Below, piece by piece: positions 39,918 through 47,013 of a stretch of 64,000 nucleotides of DNA. Made by a program: the position numbers and the translations under genes. Location of the stretch: the IMG/VR virus record IMGVR_UViG_3300044715_000653; one strand, 5' to 3'. Position 1 is the first letter of the stretch. The number at the start of each line of letters is the position of its first letter. The notes beneath the pieces were generated by a model. That model did not search any database, was not told the DNA's origin, and was given only the letters and a program-made list of their open reading frames with translations. This DNA is from an uncultured virus (IMG/VR IMGVR_UViG_3300044715_000653). Taxonomy: Duplodnaviria; Heunggongvirae; Uroviricota; Caudoviricetes.

Positions 39918-40129
39918 GTAAGTGTTCTGCTACCAGCACCACCTAGCCCAGAACTGAGTAGTTACCCTGTCCAGCTGTTATCTTATGGATATAACAACAA
40001 ATAACCCACGATACTTTCAAGGCTCCCGGCAATGGGACTTGTGGCATGGTCTAGACCATCGTGTGTGCCCTGGCGCTATGGAATTGCCAATTACCCACTT
40101 TCGATAAAGCGCAAAGTGTAAAGCTAGTG
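39918..40129 (-). ncRNA. Candidate large structured ncRNA (about 210 nt)
   Basis: No credible ORF; many nested helices and potential pseudoknots. Confidence 0.55.
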
Positions 40130-40131
40130 TT

Positions 40132-40205
40132 TGGAGCGGGATATCAGAATCGAACTGATGACAGAAGTTTGGAAAACTCCAGTTTTGCCATTAAACTAAT
40201 CCCGC
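40132..40205 (-). tRNA. tRNA-Gly(UCC)
   Basis: Cloverleaf; TT-TCC-AA; UCCA. Confidence 0.9.
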
Positions 40206-40215
40206 ATAAAACTTT

Positions 40216-40300
40216 TGGTGCCCCCGGAGAGACTCGAACTCTCAAGCCTTTCAGCACTGGCTTCTAAGACCAGCGTGTATACCAATTCCACCACAGAGGC
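40216..40300 (-). tRNA. tRNA-Leu(UAG)
   Basis: V arm; CT-TAG-AA; ACCA. Confidence 0.92.
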
Positions 40301-40307
40301 ATATTAC

Positions 40308-40382
40308 TGGTACAGCTACGGGGAATCGAACCCCGCTTGCCGGGATGAAAACCCGATGTCCTAACCGATAGACGATAGCTGC
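40308..40382 (-). tRNA. tRNA-Glu(UUC)
   Basis: Cloverleaf; TT-TTC-AT; CCA. Confidence 0.9.
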
Positions 40383-40392
40383 ATTTTAAAAC

Positions 40393-40477
40393 TGGTGCCG
40401 GCTGAGTGAATCGAACACTCTCTATCTTACGAAGCCTGATTACAAGTCAGGTGCAATCCCACTCTGCGCAAGCCGGC
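40393..40477 (-). tRNA. tRNA-Thr(UGU) with extended variable region
   Basis: CT-TGT-AA; C2-G71; about 14-nt variable region. Confidence 0.8.
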
Positions 40478-40488
40478 GGTTAAAACTT

Positions 40489-40650
40489 TTACTTACGTGC
40501 TTCTAATATTCTAATACGACTACGGATCTTTGCTTGATCCTTTTTCCTACTAGTCTTTTCTAACATGGTATTTAATTGTGTTAGGTTCAATGGACCTAAC
40601 CGTGGTTTACCTGTGCGTGTCTGCATTGGATTTGCTTTTTTCACTGCCAT
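40489..40650 (-). CDS. Small basic protein (53 aa)
   Basis: MAVKKANPMQTRTGKPRLGPLNLTQL...; AGGAG SD. Confidence 0.7.
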   Translation of the reverse strand: MAVKKANPMQTRTGKPRLGPLNLTQLNTMLEKTSRKKDQAKIRSRIRILEARK

Positions 40651-40666
40651 GTTACTTCTCCTGTGT

Positions 40667-40741
40667 TGGTTGCGCAGGAGGGATTCGAACCCCCGATCTT
40701 CAGCTTATGAGACTGATGAGTTGCCACTTCTCCACCGCGCT
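40667..40741 (-). tRNA. tRNA-Met(CAU), initiator-like
   Basis: 1:72 mismatch (A/A), fMet-type D arm, CT-CAT-AA. Confidence 0.85.
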
Positions 40742-40959
40742 ATAAAAGTTCTGCGGCCAGTACAGGCCTGTTATCATGTGCAGAATCATGACTGATTTCA
40801 ACGGTGGAGTTGCACCACAGGCATCAGCTACCCTTGGACGGTTTGCCGTACTCTCCTAACCTCGAATACATATTGTTACGGCTTTCTTCCATTTACTTAT
40901 TTGTTACTATCTATATAGTGTAGCATTTTTGATATTTTCTGTCAACCACTATTTGAAAC

Positions 40960-41033
40960 TGGCTCCGGTGGAGGGAATCGAACCCCCACTAACGGTTTTG
41001 GAGACCGTCGCACTGCCATTATACTACACCGGA
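40960..41033 (-). tRNA. tRNA-Trp(CCA)
   Basis: CT-CCA-AA; GCCA. Confidence 0.9.
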
Positions 41034-41039
41034 ATAACT

Positions 41040-41114
41040 TGGCGACCGATGAGAGAATCGAACTCTCGTAGCAGGATAGACAATCCCGTGTAATAACCAT
41101 TATACGAATCGGCC
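41040..41114 (-). tRNA. tRNA-Asp(GUC)
   Basis: TT-GTC-TA; GCCA. Confidence 0.9.
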
Positions 41115-41125
41115 TTAAAATTTGC

Positions 41126-41200
41126 TGGGTTGACTAATGGGGGTCGAACCCATAATGCAGGAATCACAATCCTGAGTGTTGCCGCTACACTATAGTCAAC
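41126..41200 (-). tRNA. tRNA-His(GUG)
   Basis: G-1:C73; TT-GTG-AT. Confidence 0.9.
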
Positions 41201-41202
41201 AT

Positions 41203-41278
41203 TGGTGGGACGAGTGGGCTACGATCCCACCACCTCGACGTTAAAAGCATCTTGCTCTTCCAAATGAGCTATCGTCCC
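41203..41278 (-). tRNA. tRNA-Lys(UUU)
   Basis: CT-TTT-AA; atypical T loop ATCGTAG; ACCA. Confidence 0.85.
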
Positions 41279-41283
41279 AAACC

Positions 41284-41367
41284 TGGTGGGTGATCTAGGA
41301 GTCGAACCTAGTTTCCAGAGGACACAGATTTACAGTCTGCTGCAGTCGCCAATGCTGCTCATCACCC
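41284..41367 (-). tRNA. tRNA-Tyr(GUA)
   Basis: CT-GTA-AA; V arm; ACCA. Confidence 0.9.
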
Positions 41368-41373
41368 GTTAAA

Positions 41374-41451
41374 TGGTCTCTCGTGTAGGATTCGAACCTA
41401 CGTTCTTCTTGCTCCCAAAGCAAGTGCCATACCAGACTAGGCGAACGAGAG
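41374..41451 (-). tRNA. tRNA-Pro(UGG)
   Basis: TT-TGG-GA; C1-G72; ACCA. Confidence 0.9.
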
Positions 41452-41506
41452 TTATAAAATAACTCCTAAGCTATCCCCGTAGGCAATAGATAGGAGCCGT
41501 GTTAAA

Positions 41507-41588
41507 TTGTAGACTGGGAATCGAACCCAACAAGTTGCGATCTTGACCTAGCATGGCTAGACTCCTGACCCAACAGGACTATCCACAA
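41507..41588 (-). ncRNA. tRNA-like element (no CCA, aberrant CAT-containing loop)
   Basis: 7-bp acceptor TTGTGGA/TCTACAA, T arm TTGGG-TTCGATT-CCCAG, 5-bp D stem, V arm. Confidence 0.55.
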
Positions 41589-41614
41589 ACTGTTAACGCA
41601 CTCATATGAATGCG

Positions 41615-41800
41615 TATAATAAAGCACACTAATTACTCGCCTAAGACATAGTCCACGTTGCATGGGACCTAGTTGCCGATTAATGCACTTTATTATAACA
41701 AGTATTTTCTGTTCACAAAAGAACATGCCATCCACTTGTCCGCCCATTTGCCTAGTTAACGTGCAGGCTGCGATCTCGTTTCGCGTAACACGTACTGCTA
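41615..41800 (-). ncRNA. Candidate structured RNA(s) at the head of the tRNA block
   Basis: 19-bp closing stem TATAATAAAGTGCATTAAT/ATTAGTGTGCTTTATTATA plus upstream GC-rich hairpins. Confidence 0.45.
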
Positions 41801-41929
41801 CTACTTAGAAAGTTTCTTTAAAAGATTAGCATTTTCTGTTAATAATTTTGTTACTCTTTCTAATTTTTGTTCTAATATCACTATCCGTTGTTCCGGAGTC
41901 GGCGTTTGAACAATTTGTTTTTTATCCAT
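41801..41929 (-). CDS. Small coiled-coil peptide (42 aa)
   Basis: MDKKQIVQTPTPEQRIVILEQKLERVTKLLTENANLLKKLSK; AAGGAG SD right after the terminator. Confidence 0.55.
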   Translation of the reverse strand: MDKKQIVQTPTPEQRIVILEQKLERVTKLLTENANLLKKLSK

Positions 41930-41941
41930 CTTCGGCTCCTT

Positions 41942-41980
41942 AAAAACAAAAAACCCTAGTAACATTTCTGCTCTAGGGTT
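41942..41980 (-). terminator. Intrinsic terminator (attenuator) upstream of the tRNA block
   Basis: AACCCTAG-AGCA-GAAA-TGTT-A-CTAGGGTT followed by TTTTGTTTTT. Confidence 0.85.
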
Positions 41981-42017
41981 CTTAATTAAAATTCACTGTT
42001 ATATTATTATATAAACT

Positions 42018-42149
42018 CTAATTAAGATCCCCATAGATACTATTCGGTGTGCGATCATTGCCTAATGTCTCAATCGCTGACCAATAAGACATCGTGGCAA
42101 GTGCTGACACTTGTTTCGATATATTAAATTGATGTAGCTGGTTAAACAT
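42018..42149 (-). CDS. Putative attenuator leader peptide (43 aa)
   Basis: MFNQLHQFNISKQVSALATMSYWSAIETLGNDRTPNSIYGDLN; AAGGA upstream; 3' end complementary to the terminator 5' arm. Confidence 0.65.
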   Translation of the reverse strand: MFNQLHQFNISKQVSALATMSYWSAIETLGNDRTPNSIYGDLN

Positions 42150-42192
42150 TTTGCTTTCGCTTTCCTTTAATTAATTTATTACTATAACAACT

Positions 42193-42221
42193 AGTATACA
42201 GTCTATTTATTAGCCTGTCAA
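42193..42221 (-). promoter_or_regulatory. Sigma70 promoter with an embedded TAAATA late-type motif
   Basis: TTGACA-ggctaataaatagactg(17)-TATACT. Confidence 0.8.
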
Positions 42222-42264
42222 CCTCTTTGTTAATTTATTTATCTTTTATTTTTACGATACTAGT

Positions 42265-42462
42265 TTAATCGTCAATTACGTCAATACCAGCAGCACCAAG
42301 TTCAGTTACTGCTTCAACTGCGGCTTTTTTCTTTGGTGCACCCCAGAAGTTAGTTGTTGCTGTTTCACTTTGTACACCACGAGCTATTTGTTGTATCTGA
42401 CCACCGTTGGCTAAAAATTCTGCCATTACTTGTTCATAATCGTATTCATTTATATCTGACAT
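42265..42462 (-). CDS. Small hypothetical protein
   Basis: EFLANGG.IQ motif; AAGGA SD. Confidence 0.7.
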   Translation of the reverse strand: MSDINEYDYEQVMAEFLANGGQIQQIARGVQSETATTNFWGAPKKKAAVEAVTELGAAGIDVIDD

Positions 42463-42484
42463 CTTATTTCCTTTATTTAAATAT

Positions 42485-42559
42485 TGGTACCCCGGATTGG
42501 ATTCAAACCAATATAAGCCGCTTTAGAAGAACGGTGCCCATTCCTTGGACCACCGGGGT
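42485..42559 (-). tRNA. tRNA-Arg(UCU), divergent D and T loops
   Basis: CCGTT-CT-TCT-AA-AGCGG; ACCA. Confidence 0.75.
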
Positions 42560-42568
42560 AGTGTTGTT

Positions 42569-42645
42569 TGGTGGGCCTTACTGGACTTGAACCAGTGACA
42601 TTCCGATTATGAGTCGGACGCTCTAACCAACTGAGCTAAAGGCCC
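42569..42645 (-). tRNA. tRNA-Ile2/Met(CAU)
   Basis: GGGCCTTTAGCTCAG...CT-CAT-AA-TCGGA resembles a lysidine-type Ile2. Confidence 0.85.
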
Positions 42646-42652
42646 AAATAAA

Positions 42653-42922
42653 TTATTGCCTAATTTGTTTGCCGACTTTAGTTAAGTATTCTACACCACA
42701 GGTACCTGCTTCTACATCTAGTAGTGCCTGCACAGTGGGAAGATTTTCATATTTAGGTTGTGCTGTAGTTGATCCTGCGTTACGTGCGGCAATAACACGT
42801 GTTTTTGCAATTTCGTGGCCACGTACACCTGCGGCTAAGATTAACTGGAATCGATTACCACCAAATACGGCATCACAGTTATCAATGTTGTATTTTTCAA
42901 CCGACGCTATTTTTTTTGACAT
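42653..42922 (-). CDS. rpoZ: RNA polymerase omega subunit-like protein
   Basis: IDNC....GGNRFQLILAA..R..EI ... PTVQAL.DVEAG matches the RpoZ NRF.LV..AA.RAR.L ... KP.V.AL.EI..G pattern. Confidence 0.7.
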   Translation of the reverse strand: MSKKIASVEKYNIDNCDAVFGGNRFQLILAAGVRGHEIAKTRVIAARNAGSTTAQPKYENLPTVQALLDVEAGTCGVEYLTKVGKQIRQ

Positions 42923-42984
42923 AGTATGTACCTAAGTTGTTATTAAAATACTATTATAACACGACCAAGGATCGTTGTCAACAA

Positions 42985-44406
42985 TTAATCTGTAACTTTA
43001 AAACTTAATCCTGCCGACGAAGGACTTGCTGCTTCTGCTTTGGTCCAGAGTTGAACGTTGCCATCTACTTTTCCTGGCCATAACACAGATGCTGTAAGTT
43101 TTTTGCCAACTACACGAGTAAAGATTTGTACAAAATTCTCGTCTAATATTTCAAGAATGGTCTGTCTGAAATCTGGAATAGGCTCTGCCTTATTTACAAA
43201 GTCCACTAAGTCTTTGGCTGCACAGTAGAATAAGATTCCGCCCGGTGTAGCTCTTGCAGTAATAGTTCTAGTTTGTAATATTGTATTAAACTTCTCTGGT
43301 AACTGGGCTTTACCTTTGATGTTAGCATTGATAATTGAAATGTCTTCATTTGTAAAAGGCAATACCTGCTTATACATATCTGGAACATCCTGCGGATAGT
43401 ATTTTGCCAAGAAATTCCAAGCAACAAATGGCTGATTGATTGTAATTGAATTTTGTATCAACTGTAGAAATTCTACACCACTGCCAGGCTTGGCATCTTT
43501 TGTTAATCTGTCAGATATTGTTAATCCGCTTATAGCAGGTGCCGCGCCTACAGCTGATTTTCCAATGCCGCCTTTACTACTAATTAAAATTGTTTGTCCT
43601 GTTTGCGCATTTTGCACACCGTAACTGTCTGATAGTTGTGAATTTTGTTCGCCTGGGAATATCATAGTTAAGTTAGTTAAGTCAGGAGCATTTAGGAATG
43701 CTAAGAACTGATCTTTCTTAGGAAAATTAGCAACGCCGTGCGCCATTTCTAATATACCCAAATACTCGCCCGCATCAATTGCAATAACTTTTTGTGTTTT
43801 TTCATCGTACTCTTTAAGATCAGGGGTTATGCCTTGTGTAATTTCATATGCAGCTTTCTTAATAGCCGCGCCCAATGCACCTGCTTGATCTAATATTTGA
43901 TTAGTTTGAATAATATTTGCCAAGTCCCCTACTGAAATACCTTTGTTTGCATCAAGTGCTTTTTTAATTTCGTCTGCTGTAGTTACAGGTACACGATCTT
44001 TAGGCTTAGTACCTGCAGGGTGAATAGGATCAGCCGCAATACCAATGCCTATTGGTTGTACATTCACTGGTGTGCTTGCTTGACCTTTTCTAGTTTGTAG
44101 GTCTGCTTTTTCTAATTGGCTTACAGGAATAGAACCACCGCCTTCTAAATTTAATACCATACTTGGAATTTTAGCATGCGGATCTTGTAATCTAGCCTGT
44201 ATTGCGGCATCAACAATAGGTTTTAGTCGTTGATATTCGCCTACCGCAGGTATATATTGATTAGCGTCTGCACCTAATGCATCTACAAATGGTGTACGAT
44301 CTTTTAGTTTTTGTAAAAACGCCGCTGGACGCCAATCTAAATACTTTGGCACAAATAGTTCAGCTGGGGTTAGCTTTGCTTCTTTTAAAAATTCGCTTGC
44401 TCGCAT
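42985..44406 (-). CDS. Putative internal head protein (possible PD-(D/E)xK nuclease-like C-term)
   Basis: N-term MRASEFLKE resembles a capsid-targeting sequence; late motif upstream; LSDS...ISSKGG. Confidence 0.45.
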   Translation of the reverse strand: MRASEFLKEAKLTPAELFVPKYLDWRPAAFLQKLKDRTPFVDALGADANQYIPAVGEYQRLKPIVDAAIQARLQDPHAKIPSMVLNLEGGGSIPVSQLEKADLQTRKGQASTPVNVQPIGIGIAADPIHPAGTKPKDRVPVTTADEIKKALDANKGISVGDLANIIQTNQILDQAGALGAAIKKAAYEITQGITPDLKEYDEKTQKVIAIDAGEYLGILEMAHGVANFPKKDQFLAFLNAPDLTNLTMIFPGEQNSQLSDSYGVQNAQTGQTILISSKGGIGKSAVGAAPAISGLTISDRLTKDAKPGSGVEFLQLIQNSITINQPFVAWNFLAKYYPQDVPDMYKQVLPFTNEDISIINANIKGKAQLPEKFNTILQTRTITARATPGGILFYCAAKDLVDFVNKAEPIPDFRQTILEILDENFVQIFTRVVGKKLTASVLWPGKVDGNVQLWTKAEAASPSSAGLSFKVTD

Positions 44407-44431
44407 GTCAATGCCTTAAATTATAGTGTAT

Positions 44432-45196
44432 TTATGCTTGACGTTCTATGTCGTCCTCAACGCAAATGTCGCCATATTGTATTTCAATTATACGACAGGA
44501 TTTATTGAAAGGGTTAGCTAATTGATGCCATTGTTCTTCTGGTATTCGGTGTGTTGAATGTTTAGGTAGATGCGGCGATTGGATAGTAGTTGGGTAAACA
44601 CGACTATATTCACCCACAGTTGCTTCACCGTCTGCTATAAACCATAATTCAGATCTATTATAATGTTTCTGCATACTTAGTTGCTTGCCAGGATTGATGG
44701 TTAATTCCTTTACTTTTAGACCCGGAACGTCATGTAATACGCGATAATAGCCCCATTCTCGGAGAGTTTTTGGTGATTTCCACTCCTCTAATATCCAACT
44801 ACTACTATTACGCTTTTCTTTGCCGCCAACACCAAAGACAAATTCTACATCTTTACATTTCATTTCGGGAATGTTATCCTTGGTCCTGTCACCACCATTG
44901 GCAAATACAATGTGGCTGTTAGGATACATTAATTTAACGTTGTTAATGGCTTCTATAGCACTACCATCACTGTCATCGAATAGTATACAATGATCAACCA
45001 TCTGTAGGTTTTCGATAATAGCAATACGTTCGGTACTTGGCATAAATGCTCGGCCTTTCTTACGAGCTACCCATGCATCGCTGTTTACTCCGACGACTAG
45101 TATGTTACCTAATGCTCGAGCCGCTTTAAAATATTCTATATGGCCGCTATGTAAGGGGTCGAATCCCCCAGTTACAAGTACAACTCGATTAATCAT
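44432..45196 (-). CDS. Cytidylyltransferase fused to a mannose-6-phosphate isomerase-type cupin
   Basis: TGGFDPLHSGH, VGVNSD, FANGGDR; WG.Y.VL, LSMQKH..RSE.W, IEIQYG..C.EDDIER. Confidence 0.88.
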   Translation of the reverse strand: MINRVVLVTGGFDPLHSGHIEYFKAARALGNILVVGVNSDAWVARKKGRAFMPSTERIAIIENLQMVDHCILFDDSDGSAIEAINNVKLMYPNSHIVFANGGDRTKDNIPEMKCKDVEFVFGVGGKEKRNSSSWILEEWKSPKTLREWGYYRVLHDVPGLKVKELTINPGKQLSMQKHYNRSELWFIADGEATVGEYSRVYPTTIQSPHLPKHSTHRIPEEQWHQLANPFNKSCRIIEIQYGDICVEDDIERQA

Positions 45197-46082
45197 ATTT
45201 TTTCTTTGGTGGCCGCATAATGCCAACTGGCTTGGCTATCTTGGTTTCTTTAATTATGTTTGCCTGTTTGATTGTCTGTTTGTCCGATGGTGTAGATATA
45301 TTAATGACACCATCAAAAGTTCGAGTAGCTTCTTCTGGAATTTCAGTCCACTGACTTACGTAGTCAACGAAGTAGTTTTCTTTATCTAACCATGGATATA
45401 ATATATCTTCTTGACGTAGATATCCATATTGATTAATAGAATTAACCACAGTCAGATTTAATAGTCCTGCATCGATAAGATCAAACCATGATGTTGTACT
45501 TGCATCCATCGGAGCAATATCTGATTTGTATACCGCTATGTGTATCCACGGATCATTAAATGCCTTAAGTAGATACGCATCATTACAATCGAATCCATTC
45601 ACTGCCAGCATGTAGATTAAACTAGTTGGCGTAAAATTATAAAAGCACCCGCTGTGTGTGCGACTATAATATTTGTTATCGGCAACTCCACTATGTTGCG
45701 GAATACTCAATACCAACATGGCATTGACGTTCATTTGTTCGTTCCACACTCGCAACGTTTCGATAGGATTAGTACTGTATTGCAAGCTGTCATGCGACCA
45801 CAATAGATCAGCTTGTACAGGTAAACACGGTTTATTAAAATCTTTTTCGTATGTGTGAATGTTCTTAAGTTTAGGTATTTGCGCAAGTTTTGTTGCATCG
45901 CGATCGACTGCTATACAGTTATAGTTGTACGGTACAGGAGGATCATCGCGTGATTCTAGTGTTGCCCACCATGCAATGTCTTCGCCGGATCCACAGCCCA
46001 TGTCTACAATTGTATGCAGACTATCAAGAAAGCTATCGTACTCCCTAAGTTGATTTAGTACCTTAAGTGCGTGTCTAGCCAT
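45189..46082 (-). CDS. Class I SAM-dependent methyltransferase
   Basis: VDMGCGSG, DLLWSHDSLQY..NP. Confidence 0.8.
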   Translation of the reverse strand: MARHALKVLNQLREYDSFLDSLHTIVDMGCGSGEDIAWWATLESRDDPPVPYNYNCIAVDRDATKLAQIPKLKNIHTYEKDFNKPCLPVQADLLWSHDSLQYSTNPIETLRVWNEQMNVNAMLVLSIPQHSGVADNKYYSRTHSGCFYNFTPTSLIYMLAVNGFDCNDAYLLKAFNDPWIHIAVYKSDIAPMDASTTSWFDLIDAGLLNLTVVNSINQYGYLRQEDILYPWLDKENYFVDYVSQWTEIPEEATRTFDGVINISTPSDKQTIKQANIIKETKIAKPVGIMRPPKKKYD

Positions 46083-46341
46083 TTTTTAATATCCTAAAAA
46101 TAAAGTCTTTGCTAAAAGTAGTGTATGCTTCGATGAATTTTGCTGTATATTCTGCTTCGCCTATAGCATCATTACTTAATCTTGCGTAGCGGAGTTCTTG
46201 TGAATAATGCATGAGTTGACTTTTGCGTTGCATATAATCTAATATGTCAATATTATCAGTTGGACCAATATGTGAAGAAAGGTACTTAACTTCTTCCCAC
46301 TGTGCTAATAACTCATCAACCGGATTAGTTAACTGTTGCAT
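46075..46341 (-). CDS. Hypothetical protein
   Basis: ORF in operon; likely ATG 46341. Confidence 0.55.
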   Translation of the reverse strand: MQQLTNPVDELLAQWEEVKYLSSHIGPTDNIDILDYMQRKSQLMHYSQELRYARLSNDAIGEAEYTAKFIEAYTTFSKDFIFRILKNG

Positions 46342-46780
46342 CTTCCATTCCTGCTGTGCGCAGTCTAACAATATGCCCAATCATGTATGATTTTGCTTCA
46401 AGCCCTTTCATAATACCAAGCCATTTATTACGCAGTAGAGCAACTTCGTTAATGATAGTTTCCATATCAATAACTTCGCTTTCGCCGTCGACATACTTTT
46501 CAGCATCGCGACTAGTCAGCGCACGTGCATAGGCTTCGAGATATTTTTTATAGTGGTCTTGTCGAATTTTGCGAAGTTTGATGTTGAGAAAGTTAAGCAC
46601 CGCTTCAATCTCTTGTAATTGATTGAAACGTTGCTCTGTAACTCCAGGTAAAGTAGCCAGGCCTTTTTCAATATTACCATTTACCTTGACTTCACGTTTA
46701 GCTACATCTAGTTCAGTAGTGTAGTAATCGATGAAGTCAGGTAAAGTGCCAATATTTTGTACTACTTTGTTATACCACAT
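46325..46780 (-). CDS. uvsY: Recombination mediator UvsY-like
   Basis: Helical 151 aa, KYVDGE..V, K......IV.LR.AG; near uvsX. Confidence 0.7.
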   Translation of the reverse strand: MWYNKVVQNIGTLPDFIDYYTTELDVAKREVKVNGNIEKGLATLPGVTEQRFNQLQEIEAVLNFLNIKLRKIRQDHYKKYLEAYARALTSRDAEKYVDGESEVIDMETIINEVALLRNKWLGIMKGLEAKSYMIGHIVRLRTAGMEDATVN

Positions 46781-46782
46781 AC

Positions 46783-47013
46783 TTACTCGTCATCGTAGTC
46801 ATCTTCAGGTTCAGCTTCCTCGCCCAAGTATTCTTCTACTGCGCGACGTAAGTAGGCATCCGTACCACCAAACTTTTTCAGGTCTGCTTCTGTAATGCTA
46901 TGGTCTGCCACAACATTAACTACATGATCTGCTACTGCTTGGCGATCTTTTTGCGAAATGTATTCTTTAGTAGTAAGCCACATTTCACTTAAAATTTCCA
47001 CATCAATACTCAT
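46783..47013 (-). CDS. Small acidic hypothetical protein
   Basis: Coupled to uvsX. Confidence 0.65.
   Translation of the reverse strand: MSIDVEILSEMWLTTKEYISQKDRQAVADHVVNVVADHSITEADLKKFGGTDAYLRRAVEEYLGEEAEPEDDYDDE

Noticed and set aside
40745..40830. tmRNA (frame reads AHDNRPVLAA) or hammerhead (CTGATG...GAAA)
   Set aside because: No tRNA-like tmRNA domain, the frame continues ELL past LAA, and the hammerhead core CUGANGA is not matched.
40830..40862. c-di-GMP-I or glycine riboswitch (GGCAAACC, GGAGAG)
   Set aside because: Remaining consensus elements are missing.
42485..42559. Amber suppressor tRNA (CTA seen in loop) or stop-codon recoding
   Set aside because: The 5-bp stem centres TCT as the anticodon, and genes are intact under the standard code with TAG/TGA used as real stops.
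38289..42590. Track ORFs overlapping tRNAs (38289+, 38418-, 40061+, 40565+, 42354+, 41502-)
   Set aside because: They overlap clear tRNA or structured RNA sequence and lack SD or protein-like features.
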